IMG/VR virus record: IMGVR_UViG_3300036944_000329
Span: 1 to 54,010 of that record
Reading direction: 5' to 3' (one strand)
From: a virus
Lineage: Duplodnaviria; Caudoviricetes
DNA length: 54,010 nt
Each line of letters starts with the position of its first letter. The stretch's first letter is position 1. A program made the position numbers and the translations under genes. Below are positions 17,676 through 26,535 of this stretch, in pieces. The notes under the pieces are model-generated. The model was given only the letters and a program-made list of their open reading frames with translations. It had not been told where the DNA came from and searched no databases.

Positions 17676-18182
17676 TTACACAATCACCAGCTTACCTTTA
17701 AGATCCCCTCTAGTCAAGGCTTCTCTGATCTTATCTGTGTCGGCTTCTGAATAACTGACTAGCACACTAGGTGCATTGCTAGTCCCCCCCTCAACACCAT
17801 CTACATGCCAAAACTTCAGGCGTCCTTTAAAGAACATCACGGAGTGTGCTTTGTTCCAAACACTTTCGTGGAAACCAATCGTCTCTGTACGTGCAAAGAT
17901 AAGTGCTATCCCTGAACCATGCTCAGCTAGTTTATCCAGCCACTTAAATGTCTCTCTACCATAAGGAGGGTTACACCACACACGTCCGAACCAATCTTCA
18001 GTGAGGCCATCTTTAGGATTCTCGGAATCAATCCCCCAATGCTCTTTTGCTGTATCCCACGGACGCCTCTCTGCTGGACTACAAGGGTCTAGGTCAAATG
18101 CTCCAAGACAATCTATAATGTATTTTGGAGTGAGCCATTCATCTTTATTGTCCGTGTTTGTGTTAAAATTCTTAGTACTCAT
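17676..18182 (-). CDS. Phage DNA N6-adenine methyltransferase (Dam-like)
   Basis: DEW.TP, FDLDPC, DGL...W...VWCNPPY, ART.T and GRLKF. Start MSTK with RBS GGAGG. Confidence 0.85.
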   Translation of the reverse strand: MSTKNFNTNTDNKDEWLTPKYIIDCLGAFDLDPCSPAERRPWDTAKEHWGIDSENPKDGLTEDWFGRVWCNPPYGRETFKWLDKLAEHGSGIALIFARTETIGFHESVWNKAHSVMFFKGRLKFWHVDGVEGGTSNAPSVLVSYSEADTDKIREALTRGDLKGKLVIV

Positions 18183-18250
18183 ATACACCACCTCCAAAAG
18201 AAAGTCGGGGCACATATCATGCCCCGAATACATCATCCTAAATTGTCCTA

Positions 18251-18691
18251 TCAAACACCAGTGCTACCAAACCCACCTTCACCACGATCTGTCTCATCAA
18301 GATCATCCACAACCTCAAATTCTGCCTTCTCGTATTTCTGCAAGACAGCCTGAGCAATACGTTCCCCATCCTTAACTACGAATGGCATTGTTCCGCCATT
18401 ACTCAGGATGACACCAATCTCGCCCCTGTAGTCCTGATCACAGAGACCTCCGATAGCGTGTACGCCATGTTTAGATGCCAATCCTGAACGAGATTTGATC
18501 TGAACATAATACCCTTCTGGGATAGCCATCGCAACACCCGTCTTGACCACAACCTGTTCCTGTGGTGCTAGGACAAAATGTCCTTTACCTGTCTTACTCA
18601 GATCAGCGTACAAGTCAAACCCAGCTGCACCTTCTGATCCATATGTCGGGATGATTGCATTATTTGTCAGTTTCTTGATCTGTACTTTCAT
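18251..18691 (-). CDS. dut: dUTPase
   Basis: AGFDL, RSGLA, D.DYRGEI, RIAQ and RGEGGFGSTG. Confidence 0.95.
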   Translation of the reverse strand: MKVQIKKLTNNAIIPTYGSEGAAGFDLYADLSKTGKGHFVLAPQEQVVVKTGVAMAIPEGYYVQIKSRSGLASKHGVHAIGGLCDQDYRGEIGVILSNGGTMPFVVKDGERIAQAVLQKYEKAEFEVVDDLDETDRGEGGFGSTGV

Positions 18692-19137
18692 TCTGAATAC
18701 CCCTCCATATTAACTCCTACGAAATCAACTGACTCAGAATAGTATCCGTTGGATTCACCCAACCAACGCATCCATAGACCGCCTTTAGTTGTTTCAATCT
18801 TGTAGAATGTATAGGTGTAGGATTCAAAATGGTCTACACCAAACTCGTCCGTGCCATTGTAACCAGACTCACTTGACACTTCTTCAGCTGACAGGATTAC
18901 ACCACCAACAATACTCTTAGGGTCTTCATCCACATCTGCAATCAAAACACACTCGCAGCAATCTTGATCGTGGTACAAACAATAAACCCAGCCGTCCGTT
19001 GTTTCAATCCAGAACTCGTCATCATCAATGTTGCCTTTATCGACACTCTTTACAACCTTGCCAACCATATGATTAAGATCGTTTGTTTTGTGTTTGTTCG
19101 GAATCGCGTATTCAAGATACGGTTTAAATTGTTTCAT
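18688..19137 (-). CDS. Conserved phage hypothetical protein
   Basis: H.QDCCE.V and W.GESNGYYSE motifs, common in phages. Confidence 0.65.
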   Translation of the reverse strand: MKQFKPYLEYAIPNKHKTNDLNHMVGKVVKSVDKGNIDDDEFWIETTDGWVYCLYHDQDCCECVLIADVDEDPKSIVGGVILSAEEVSSESGYNGTDEFGVDHFESYTYTFYKIETTKGGLWMRWLGESNGYYSESVDFVGVNMEGYSE

Positions 19138-19349
19138 TCCATATTCTCCTTCTCAAATTTAACAGGCCAATAATTCTCACACACTACATCGTAATCTTGA
19201 TCAAATGAATTCCATACAAGATCATACATATACATCGCATAACTTTGCCAATATGGGTGTGGTGTAGCTTGGTTCCGATGACACATCCTTGCCAGAGGAC
19301 ATTCGTCATTCTTACACATTGTAATGTCTGCCACAAGGGGTCTCCTCAA
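19134..19349 (-). CDS. Small Cys-rich hypothetical protein
   Basis: DITMC....CP....C.R motif. Confidence 0.6.
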   Translation of the reverse strand: MRRPLVADITMCKNDECPLARMCHRNQATPHPYWQSYAMYMYDLVWNSFDQDYDVVCENYWPVKFEKENME

Positions 19350-20314
19350 ACATTCATCAATGTGTACTGCATCTGCTCTTTCGTCTTCACATTCTTGCGG
19401 CTACGCTTAATCGACCCACAATTCCCGCAACGATATGTCTCGAACTTAGACAGGTTAGTGTAAGCATGTTTACCAACCATCTTGTCCATATCATCACTTC
19501 CACAAGAATTACATCGTACACGATCATCATTGTGATGTAAAGCTACGTTTGGATGATTCTTCATAAATGGTCTCACCTTGTAATACAGGCTAACCAGCGT
19601 GGGTATGTCGCCACGATTGTATTCAAGCAGCTGGTTCATAGCCTCAGAATCACCATTCATGCAATCAAGCCACAATCCTATACCAGACGTACTCAACTTA
19701 CGCTCTAGCTCAAAATACCGTGTAGCACTGTCTAGGCTATTCGATGGCAGACTGAAATGCTTGCGTAATGCTTTCAGCGTACACACCACCTTGTAAGGAG
19801 ATGGTGGCGACATTCCGTGATAAGCAAATCGTGTATTCATCCAGCCATCATCAAAACTAGCATTATGAGCAATAATGATATCAGCTTCGTCTAGTAGTTC
19901 CCACAGCTGTTCGATCAAGAGAATGTCGTTTGCATAATCTCCGTCACGCCATGTTGGTAGCTGATGTAGACCAAGAGAATCGTATTCAGCATTATGTGGG
20001 GTTGATGTATTCAACTTAGCCCAAGCTGCTGTCAGGACATACGGTTCCTGAATCACTGCTTGTGGGCTGATGTTAGCCTTGAATCGAGGGAATGTAGCTG
20101 CAATTGTAGCACTCACCTCTAGGTCAATAAACAGGATATTGGCCCCGTCTTTAGCCTCAACCAACCCGGTATCTTCTCGCATTCGAGCAAGAATATCATT
20201 CACACTACTCTTCTTGCTAGGACTTCCCCACAATGCGTGTGAGATTTGTCGGGAGGACATCCCTTGCTTGGACATCTTTAGAATCTGTTCCACCGTGTTA
20301 TCATCGTGCTTCAT
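19346..20314 (-). CDS. RNase H-like/DnaQ-like 3'-5' exonuclease with N-terminal HTH and C-terminal Zn ribbon
   Basis: LFIDLE, AHNA.FD, YN.GD and CxxC...CxxC. Confidence 0.75.
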   Translation of the reverse strand: MKHDDNTVEQILKMSKQGMSSRQISHALWGSPSKKSSVNDILARMREDTGLVEAKDGANILFIDLEVSATIAATFPRFKANISPQAVIQEPYVLTAAWAKLNTSTPHNAEYDSLGLHQLPTWRDGDYANDILLIEQLWELLDEADIIIAHNASFDDGWMNTRFAYHGMSPPSPYKVVCTLKALRKHFSLPSNSLDSATRYFELERKLSTSGIGLWLDCMNGDSEAMNQLLEYNRGDIPTLVSLYYKVRPFMKNHPNVALHHNDDRVRCNSCGSDDMDKMVGKHAYTNLSKFETYRCGNCGSIKRSRKNVKTKEQMQYTLMNV

Positions 20315-20748
20315 TCAGTTTCCTCCGAATAATCCATCTCATTGTCAAAATCCAAAGTCCTCTTGGTAATAATGTTTGAGATATTACCTTGCGAATCGTT
20401 GAACATCTTACCAAGTTCAACTTGTGTATGTTCACCGGATGAGTATGCTGCTCTGATGAACTCAATGTCAGATCGGGTATATTTTGTTTCTCTTTTATTC
20501 CTAGCTTGAGTTTTTCTGTCAGCCCATCTACAATTATCTTTGTTGTAATTTCCATCGTTGTCGATTCTATCGAGTGTTGCGTTCTCAAACCAAGAAGGCC
20601 CCATATCCTCTAGGAAATCTGAAAAGGAGTCCCACTCACACTTTATCCCACGACCGCCGTAATCTTTATACCGTTTTCCCTTCGTGTAGTTACATCTCTG
20701 CCTCATAGCAGCGTATGAGTTATGAATCTGAGTGCCTTTGTAAGCCAT
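20311..20748 (-). CDS. HNH-like endonuclease with C-terminal HTH
   Basis: M.QRC...YGGRGI...W..F..F..DMG...TLDRIDNDGNY...NCRWA....Q..N. Confidence 0.8.
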   Translation of the reverse strand: MAYKGTQIHNSYAAMRQRCNYTKGKRYKDYGGRGIKCEWDSFSDFLEDMGPSWFENATLDRIDNDGNYNKDNCRWADRKTQARNKRETKYTRSDIEFIRAAYSSGEHTQVELGKMFNDSQGNISNIITKRTLDFDNEMDYSEETE

Positions 20749-21307
20749 TCTTGCCCTCCTCTAATTTAGACTTCTCTTGAACTACCAGTCGGTTGCCGAA
20801 GTATACAACTTTCTCAGCGTCATACAATCCCTTATCGTAACCAGCCTTTGCTTTGCCAAGATGCTGTGCGGCACACTTACGCCAGATTGCTTTGAATGCG
20901 TTTCCTTCGGCGTAGTTCATGCAGAGTGCTTCAATAATCTGATTGCACTCAACCTTTGTACCATCAGGTAACTCCACAGTGTAGTAGCTAACAGACCCAC
21001 CTGTGTACTCTTTCTCAGGCACATCCTCCACTAGTGACACAGACTCTTTCTTACCCTCTATTGGAACATACCAAGGTTTGTCTGGGATTGGTACTGATCC
21101 GAGTTCACAGAGGGTATGGTTTCGGCACTTCATCCACCCCGTACCTGACCAGTAGTGTAAAAAACCATCCGAGCAGTAAGTCATATAAGACGTCGGATTG
21201 TCGTCGTCTAAATCAAAGTGTGTAGCCCCCGCTGGCGGTTCTCCACAAGATTTAATTAGAGCACAAAAATGATCCTGTTGCTCTTTAGTCAAGTCATCCC
21301 ACTTCAT
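20720..21307 (-). CDS. Two-domain protein; C-terminus DUF3310-like
   Basis: C-terminal GGSV.YY...EC..IIEAL.M...EGNAFKAIWR...YDAEK. The N-terminal domain is shared with 21852-22436. Confidence 0.6.
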   Translation of the reverse strand: MKWDDLTKEQQDHFCALIKSCGEPPAGATHFDLDDDNPTSYMTYCSDGFLHYWSGTGWMKCRNHTLCELGSVPIPDKPWYVPIEGKKESVSLVEDVPEKEYTGGSVSYYTVELPDGTKVECNQIIEALCMNYAEGNAFKAIWRKCAAQHLGKAKAGYDKGLYDAEKVVYFGNRLVVQEKSKLEEGKNGLQRHSDS

Positions 21308-21855
21308 ACTTTACCCTCCTCCACTAACTCTCGAACACTTTGCTTACGAACACTTGCATTATTACTTGGCTTGTTATGTTTTGCAAGCAATGCCTGCAAT
21401 TCTTTCACAGGCAATTTTGTCAGCTCAATAATCCGCTTCTCAATCACAGCCTGTTCAAATGATATGCCCATACGTTCAGCGTATGACTTAATCTTATGAG
21501 CCTCTTTGTCCACCACTTGTAGCTCGTCACTTGTAGCAAGGAGGTGGATGATGTACGGGATAATATCATCTTCACAAAGCAAGCTCTTATGCCCTTCTTT
21601 ATGATCCACCTCAGCCTTGCTCGTCATCACCCATTCGCCTGTTAGGGCACAGATGTGACCTTTCTTACCACGTCCCTTGTAATCAGGGGGTGGTGGAATG
21701 GCTGATACCTGTTTAGCCCGTAGCTTCATAGGACTCTTTGACCACAAGGAACGCCGTAGCGCCCCTCTCAGGTATGACCAGAACTTAGCCTCTGTCGGGA
21801 ATAGGTCTGGGTACATTTCCATTAGTTTCTGGATATGGGCCTCCAAGTGTGTCAA
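21304..21855 (-). CDS. HNH-family nuclease (core-type, possible resolvase)
   Basis: LRG.LRR..W, CALTG, EVDH and LQ.V.K.AH..K. Confidence 0.7.
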   Translation of the reverse strand: MTHLEAHIQKLMEMYPDLFPTEAKFWSYLRGALRRSLWSKSPMKLRAKQVSAIPPPPDYKGRGKKGHICALTGEWVMTSKAEVDHKEGHKSLLCEDDIIPYIIHLLATSDELQVVDKEAHKIKSYAERMGISFEQAVIEKRIIELTKLPVKELQALLAKHNKPSNNASVRKQSVRELVEEGKV

Positions 21856-22436
21856 AACACATCCTCCACATCATATTCGTATTCACCACAATCAACTCCC
21901 ACGTTTACATCAGCGAATAAGTCAAAGTGTAACACGTCATCGGATTCCCAGCTAGACATTAACGTAAGACCAGCACTGCTTATATAACTAACACCATCAA
22001 TCTCACCAGCATCATAACGCTTGATCAAATCCTTCATCCAGCGTCTTACGTCTAGGGGGAGCTTGTTTCGCCAATCCTCTTGTGCGTATGGACTGTTGGC
22101 TACAATCCAGTCGATAGCTCGGTTGAAAGCATCTCGGTCGTAGACAATCTTGCGGATTTTTGGTTTGGATGTTAGGGCTACGTCAGCAGGACGATACCAA
22201 GGCTTGTCTGGGATGCTAACAAACTTAGCCCCCTCTAGTGTCCTAGGGTTATATCTAATCCACTCAGTATCTTGTCTACACCAATACTGCCAGACGCCTG
22301 CGTGAATCCTGCTCCAGCTACTAGAGTAACAATCCATGATGTCAAAGTGTGTTGCCTTTGTAGGCGGTTCACCATAGCACTTAATCAACCCGTCAAAATG
22401 CTCTCGCTGCTCTTTAGTCAAGTCAATGTATTTCAT
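21852..22436 (-). CDS. Hypothetical protein
   Basis: N-terminal ~85 aa homologous to 20720-21307. Confidence 0.65.
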   Translation of the reverse strand: MKYIDLTKEQREHFDGLIKCYGEPPTKATHFDIMDCYSSSWSRIHAGVWQYWCRQDTEWIRYNPRTLEGAKFVSIPDKPWYRPADVALTSKPKIRKIVYDRDAFNRAIDWIVANSPYAQEDWRNKLPLDVRRWMKDLIKRYDAGEIDGVSYISSAGLTLMSSWESDDVLHFDLFADVNVGVDCGEYEYDVEDVF

Positions 22437-22542
22437 ACGTTTCCTCCGTAATACCAGACAGACATCTTGTAAATGTAATTGGACACGATTATGGTGCTGG
22501 AAAGTGTGGATATTGTTAGTAGATAGGGTAGGAAAAGTGTGT

Positions 22543-23580
22543 TCATTCGTTTGTATCCTCCAATGTTTTCAGTCCGATTCGCTTCTTATAATCAGGCCAT
22601 ATCTCATTTTTCTTACGCATCATATAAACGAGGCTCAACTGCTCATCGGCCAATTCGACATACGTCCTTGTGACAGTGTTGCCCAGCCAGTCCTTGTATG
22701 TATGTGTGTCACCGTAATGCCCTTTGTAAGCTTCTAAAACCCTAGTATATATCTCTTGTAGAGATTTGCAACCCTCCAGATACTTTCGAGCCGTCTTTTC
22801 CCCGACACCTTTATAGTTACCCAGATCATATTTCTTACGAATCTCTTGCGGCATGTTGGGCAAGCCGGGTATTGAGTCTGTAGGGTCGCCCATTAGCGCC
22901 TGAACCCCCGTCCAGATGTTTGCCTCAAGCTCAGTCGTACACTTGAATTCGTCTTTAATAAATTGATAGGTGCACCCGGCTACCCCGAAAAGGTCTTTAT
23001 CGATACTTGCAAGACAAACATCCGTATCCACACCACATCTCTCATAACTCTGGTACAGAGCACATGCGATAGCATCATCACATTCGCAGTCTGGTGTCAC
23101 CCTTGCACCATATTTGTCAATCAAATGCTGCCTGATTGCTTTCAGGTGAATGGGCTTTGCGTTATTCTTGCGTGCATGTTTATACTCAACAACACTGGCA
23201 ACATCTTTGCGGAAATTCTTATCCCCGCTCAAGTAGTAAATGTATTTACCAGCTTTGACGTTCTTCTCGATGAACTTGCAGAAGTTATCGCACACCTTTT
23301 TAGCATCGTCTAATTCGCCATATACTTTCCGACTCTTACGCACCCAACCAGAAGTGTCTATGTTGAAGAACTCTCTGGCCTCTTCTTGGTGAATCTTGCA
23401 AGACACTGCTGAATCAAACTCTTGGATCAGATCATCGTCTTGATCGTATAGTTCATAGATCGTGTTCTCAACTGCTGCTGCTGACCGGTATGCAATAATG
23501 TCAGCATCAACCACACAATACTTGTATGTCTTGTCTCGCATCTGCTCTTCAGATGGACACTCCTGATACTCTGTTTTCAT
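22543..23580 (-). CDS. 5'-3' exonuclease (T7 gp6/FEN-like)
   Basis: VDAD..AY, NFR..VA....YK..R, E.DD, S.DKDL and GD.TDSIPG...GVG.KTA. Start MKTEY with RBS AAGGAGG. Confidence 0.9.
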   Translation of the reverse strand: MKTEYQECPSEEQMRDKTYKYCVVDADIIAYRSAAAVENTIYELYDQDDDLIQEFDSAVSCKIHQEEAREFFNIDTSGWVRKSRKVYGELDDAKKVCDNFCKFIEKNVKAGKYIYYLSGDKNFRKDVASVVEYKHARKNNAKPIHLKAIRQHLIDKYGARVTPDCECDDAIACALYQSYERCGVDTDVCLASIDKDLFGVAGCTYQFIKDEFKCTTELEANIWTGVQALMGDPTDSIPGLPNMPQEIRKKYDLGNYKGVGEKTARKYLEGCKSLQEIYTRVLEAYKGHYGDTHTYKDWLGNTVTRTYVELADEQLSLVYMMRKKNEIWPDYKKRIGLKTLEDTNE

Positions 23581-23590
23581 ATACGCCTCC

Positions 23591-24193
23591 TTATAAGTAA
23601 CGTGTACGTAATGCCTGAGCAACACGTTCATCAGTTACATATGCTGATTCGACTAACTGGCAAGCTAATTCGTGCTTGCGTTTCTTCCAAGCTAGATGTG
23701 CTTGGTCTGGGCAGTCGAATAGTCCGAGGTATTCTCGTTTGCCCGTGAACGGGTTTCTGCACTGAGCCTCAAACTTCTTTGCCACATTATGAAAACGAAC
23801 TCCGAGCGGATAGGCTCCACGACTGTTGCATCTATCTAGAGTAAAGGTGTTCACAACGGATGTAACGAATACGCAAGTTTCTGGCCCGTATTCTTTATTA
23901 CCACTGATTAATAAATCTTTATCTAGTTGTTTGTTCTCCCAATCCTGTTGCTCCATCCACAGCTTAAAATTACTAAACGTCAACCAGTCTTCACAAACTG
24001 AACAACCTGAGTATGTTGGATAATGTTCATGATACTCTTTAGAATAACAACGTTTTAACATATGACACCATCTAGCATAATATGGACATCGCCAAACGAT
24101 TGTCTGTTTCCCATCTATCCGCTCATACAGAGACACTTTATAACCGGCGTCATTAATACCGACACCATACACCTTACTACATTCCCTTCCCAT
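23591..24193 (-). CDS. HNH-like homing endonuclease (paralogue 2 of 3)
   Basis: Same motifs as 10327-10938. Confidence 0.75.
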   Translation of the reverse strand: MGRECSKVYGVGINDAGYKVSLYERIDGKQTIVWRCPYYARWCHMLKRCYSKEYHEHYPTYSGCSVCEDWLTFSNFKLWMEQQDWENKQLDKDLLISGNKEYGPETCVFVTSVVNTFTLDRCNSRGAYPLGVRFHNVAKKFEAQCRNPFTGKREYLGLFDCPDQAHLAWKKRKHELACQLVESAYVTDERVAQALRTRYL

Positions 24194-24261
24194 CCCCTCA
24201 CCTCCTTAGACAAGGAAGCCCCGCCAGATCACTCCAGCAGGGCTTTGGTTCGTGTTAGTTA

Positions 24262-24948
24262 TCAGTACAGATCGTCATCAGAGTCCACTTCAAATGGTAC
24301 ATCATCATCGAAATCGAACCCAGTGTCCGGCTTAGACTCCTTAGCTTGTGGGATCTCATAAGAAATACCCAGCTCGTTGTCTACAATCTGACCACCAGAA
24401 CCGCCTTCGTATGGTACATGCTCAACCACTTGAACAAGGTTCAGGCTAACAACCAGTTGGTCATCTCGGTTGGTATAGCCGAAACACTTGATATTGCAGA
24501 TAGAACCATTCCCGATGTTCTCTTCGAACGGTTTACCATCTTTACCAACAACGATCAGTTTGGCTGGTTTACCTTGGTTTGTTAACTCGTTCAGAGTGAG
24601 GCTAATGCCGTGCATTCCATCAACATCATCGTAACTCACCTTCTCGTCTTCTTTCAGTTGAGATGACAGGGGGTACTTAATTTTGCGCTTTTTCGTCTTG
24701 TCTCGCCCAACAGCCATCACCTGTTTATTGATCAGAACAGTGTCCTCAAGGTATTCACGGGTATCTGAATCAACAAATGCGGTCAGTTGGTATTCGCGCT
24801 TAGACTGATTCTTAGCATCTGGTAGTGGCTCGGAATACTTCTTCTTTGGCTCATGTACTGATACGAAGTACACAGGTACATTCTTCAGGTACAGGAATGA
24901 GAACTTGCCATCTTTGACCAGTTTAGCTGCGGTTTTAGTAATCGCCAT
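24262..24948 (-). CDS. Single-stranded DNA-binding protein (T7 gp2.5-like)
   Basis: IGNGS..., L..VQV.E...Y motifs and an acidic tail ending in an aromatic residue (DDDLY); replication-module position. Confidence 0.7.
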   Translation of the reverse strand: MAITKTAAKLVKDGKFSFLYLKNVPVYFVSVHEPKKKYSEPLPDAKNQSKREYQLTAFVDSDTREYLEDTVLINKQVMAVGRDKTKKRKIKYPLSSQLKEDEKVSYDDVDGMHGISLTLNELTNQGKPAKLIVVGKDGKPFEENIGNGSICNIKCFGYTNRDDQLVVSLNLVQVVEHVPYEGGSGGQIVDNELGISYEIPQAKESKPDTGFDFDDDVPFEVDSDDDLY

Positions 24949-24991
24949 AATATATTTCCTCCGGAATAATTTGTCTAAATGAGCCTGCCTG

Positions 24992-25020
24992 AGATTACAT
25001 CAGACTGGTGTTCATGTCAA
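24992..25020 (-). promoter_or_regulatory. Sigma70-like promoter
   Basis: TTGACA-N17-TAATCT upstream of the SSB gene. Confidence 0.75.
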
Positions 25021-25027
25021 TACGTTC

Positions 25028-25303
25028 TTAAAGACTCTCTACAAGATCTAGCAGCTCTTTGTCTGCTTCAATCTTCTCAGCTTTTTTCCGCTCATTATAC
25101 TCGATGTCATACTTGATCTGAGCAATGTTGTTCACATACCCTCCATCAACACCATATTTGTCCTGAACATACGTCTTGCTGTCTTTGATCAGATCCTTAG
25201 CTGAATCAATCTGAAGCATAGCATCCACAATCGTATCAACTTGCGACAGAATGTTCTTGCGTGATTCGTTATCGTTCGGTAGTTCTTTTAGAAATTTGCT
25301 CAT
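25028..25303 (-). CDS. Putative dsDNA-binding protein (T4 DsbA-like)
   Basis: Helical 91-aa protein with an I......IKD........YG+......A...Y pattern. Confidence 0.45.
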   Translation of the reverse strand: MSKFLKELPNDNESRKNILSQVDTIVDAMLQIDSAKDLIKDSKTYVQDKYGVDGGYVNNIAQIKYDIEYNERKKAEKIEADKELLDLVESL

Positions 25304-25509
25304 TCAGTTTCCTCCTGCTTATTGTTACGTTTGCGGCGGGTGTTGCGCTTGGGTTTTTCTTGTTCAGCATCTTCCTGCACATGTGCCTGAGGTACACCCT
25401 TCTGCTGCTTAGATCGCCGTTCAATCTCCTTTCGTGCAGACAGTCCACGAGGACTACTTTCTTCAGCCATTACAGCCAGTTGTTTGTCAGTGAATGTAGT
25501 CATGTTCAT
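25300..25509 (-). CDS. Hypothetical protein
   Basis: RBS AAGGAG downstream of a promoter; basic C-terminus. Confidence 0.55.
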   Translation of the reverse strand: MNMTTFTDKQLAVMAEESSPRGLSARKEIERRSKQQKGVPQAHVQEDAEQEKPKRNTRRKRNNKQEETE

Positions 25510-25540
25510 TTTGCATCTCCTTCTCGGTTAGTGTTGGTGT

Positions 25541-25569
25541 AGATTACATGGATCAGATTGTTGTGTCAA
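25541..25569 (-). promoter_or_regulatory. Sigma70-like promoter
   Basis: TTGACA-N17-TAATCT. Confidence 0.75.
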
Positions 25570-25584
25570 CATAATTCGTGGATA

Positions 25585-25650
25585 TATTTACGCTGGTGTA
25601 AAGTATTTACGCTGGTGTAAAGTATTTACGCTGGTGTAAAGTATTTACGC
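25585..25650. repeat. 19-bp tandem repeat x3.5
   Basis: TATTTACGCTGGTGTAAAG at 25585, 25604 and 25623, plus a partial TATTTACGC at 25642. Confidence 0.95.
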
Positions 25651-25865
25651 CACACTTCCTTGATTTCATACTCTGACGTATGATCTTGTGCATGAATCTC
25701 GAACAATGTCTGGATGAATTGTTCAGCCTGTTCTCTGGTGGAGCATGTGCGCAGGTATGTCGTCTCGAATTCTTTGCTAGATTGATCTAGGTAGGTACGA
25801 TAGATGTCGTACACACATTCGATTATTGGTTGCATCTGGGATCTCCTGTCAGATGGTTTGGACAA
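25626..25865 (-). CDS. Hypothetical protein (likely start MQPII)
   Basis: Downstream of the promoter at 25875-25903; RBS AGGAG; 3' end lies within the 19-bp repeat. Confidence 0.55.
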   Translation of the reverse strand: MSKPSDRRSQMQPIIECVYDIYRTYLDQSSKEFETTYLRTCSTREQAEQFIQTLFEIHAQDHTSEYEIKEVWRKYFTPA

Positions 25866-25874
25866 TATCGGTGT

Positions 25875-25903
25875 AGATTACCTTTGTTAGCTTCCTGTGT
25901 CAA
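25875..25903 (-). promoter_or_regulatory. Sigma70-like promoter
   Basis: TTGACA-N17-TAATCT. Confidence 0.75.
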
Positions 25904-25928
25904 TAGTTTTTTGTTCAAATGCAGCTTA

Positions 25929-26522
25929 TTATAGATACCTTGTACGTAATGCTTGCGCAACACGTTCATCGGTTACGTGTTCTGAATCAGCTAGTTGGCA
26001 AGCTAATTCGTGCTTACGTCTTTTCCAAGCAAGGTGAGCTTGGCTAGGGCATTCGTACACACCAAGGTGCTCTTGTTTCCCAGTAAATGGGTTGCAGCAC
26101 CGAGTCCTAAACTTCTTCGCCAGTTTATCAAAATGAACTCCAATCGGATATTCTCCTCGACTATTGGCACTGTCAGTTAAAAAAGTGTTTACTATTTGTG
26201 GAACAAATACACAGTTGTCAGGGTTGTATTCTTTATTGCCAACCTTCAATAAGTCTTTATCTAGGTGTTTGTTCTCCCAATCATGTTGTTCCATCCATGC
26301 TCGGAAGTTCGAGAACGTATGCCACTCTTCACAAACAGAACAGCCTATATAAGTAGGTTGCTTCTCGTGGTACTTGCCAGAATAACAGCGTACCAACATG
26401 CTCTGCCACTTATTGTAAAACGGGCACACCCACACAACCTTCCGTTTTCCATCAACATTTTCATTCAAAGTCACATCGTAATTTGCATCATTAATACCTA
26501 CGCCTGCTACTAATTTAGCCAT
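25929..26522 (-). CDS. HNH-like homing endonuclease (paralogue 3 of 3)
   Basis: Same motifs as 10327-10938; immediately downstream of the DNA polymerase gene. Confidence 0.75.
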   Translation of the reverse strand: MAKLVAGVGINDANYDVTLNENVDGKRKVVWVCPFYNKWQSMLVRCYSGKYHEKQPTYIGCSVCEEWHTFSNFRAWMEQHDWENKHLDKDLLKVGNKEYNPDNCVFVPQIVNTFLTDSANSRGEYPIGVHFDKLAKKFRTRCCNPFTGKQEHLGVYECPSQAHLAWKRRKHELACQLADSEHVTDERVAQALRTRYL

Positions 26523-26535
26523 ATATTCCCCCTTA

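Noticed and set aside
25585-25650. Possible CRISPR array (also considered for 39245-39358, 42400-42582 and 53035-53082)
   Set aside because: Units are contiguous or separated by only a few bases, there are no unique 25-45-nt spacers, and no cas genes are present.
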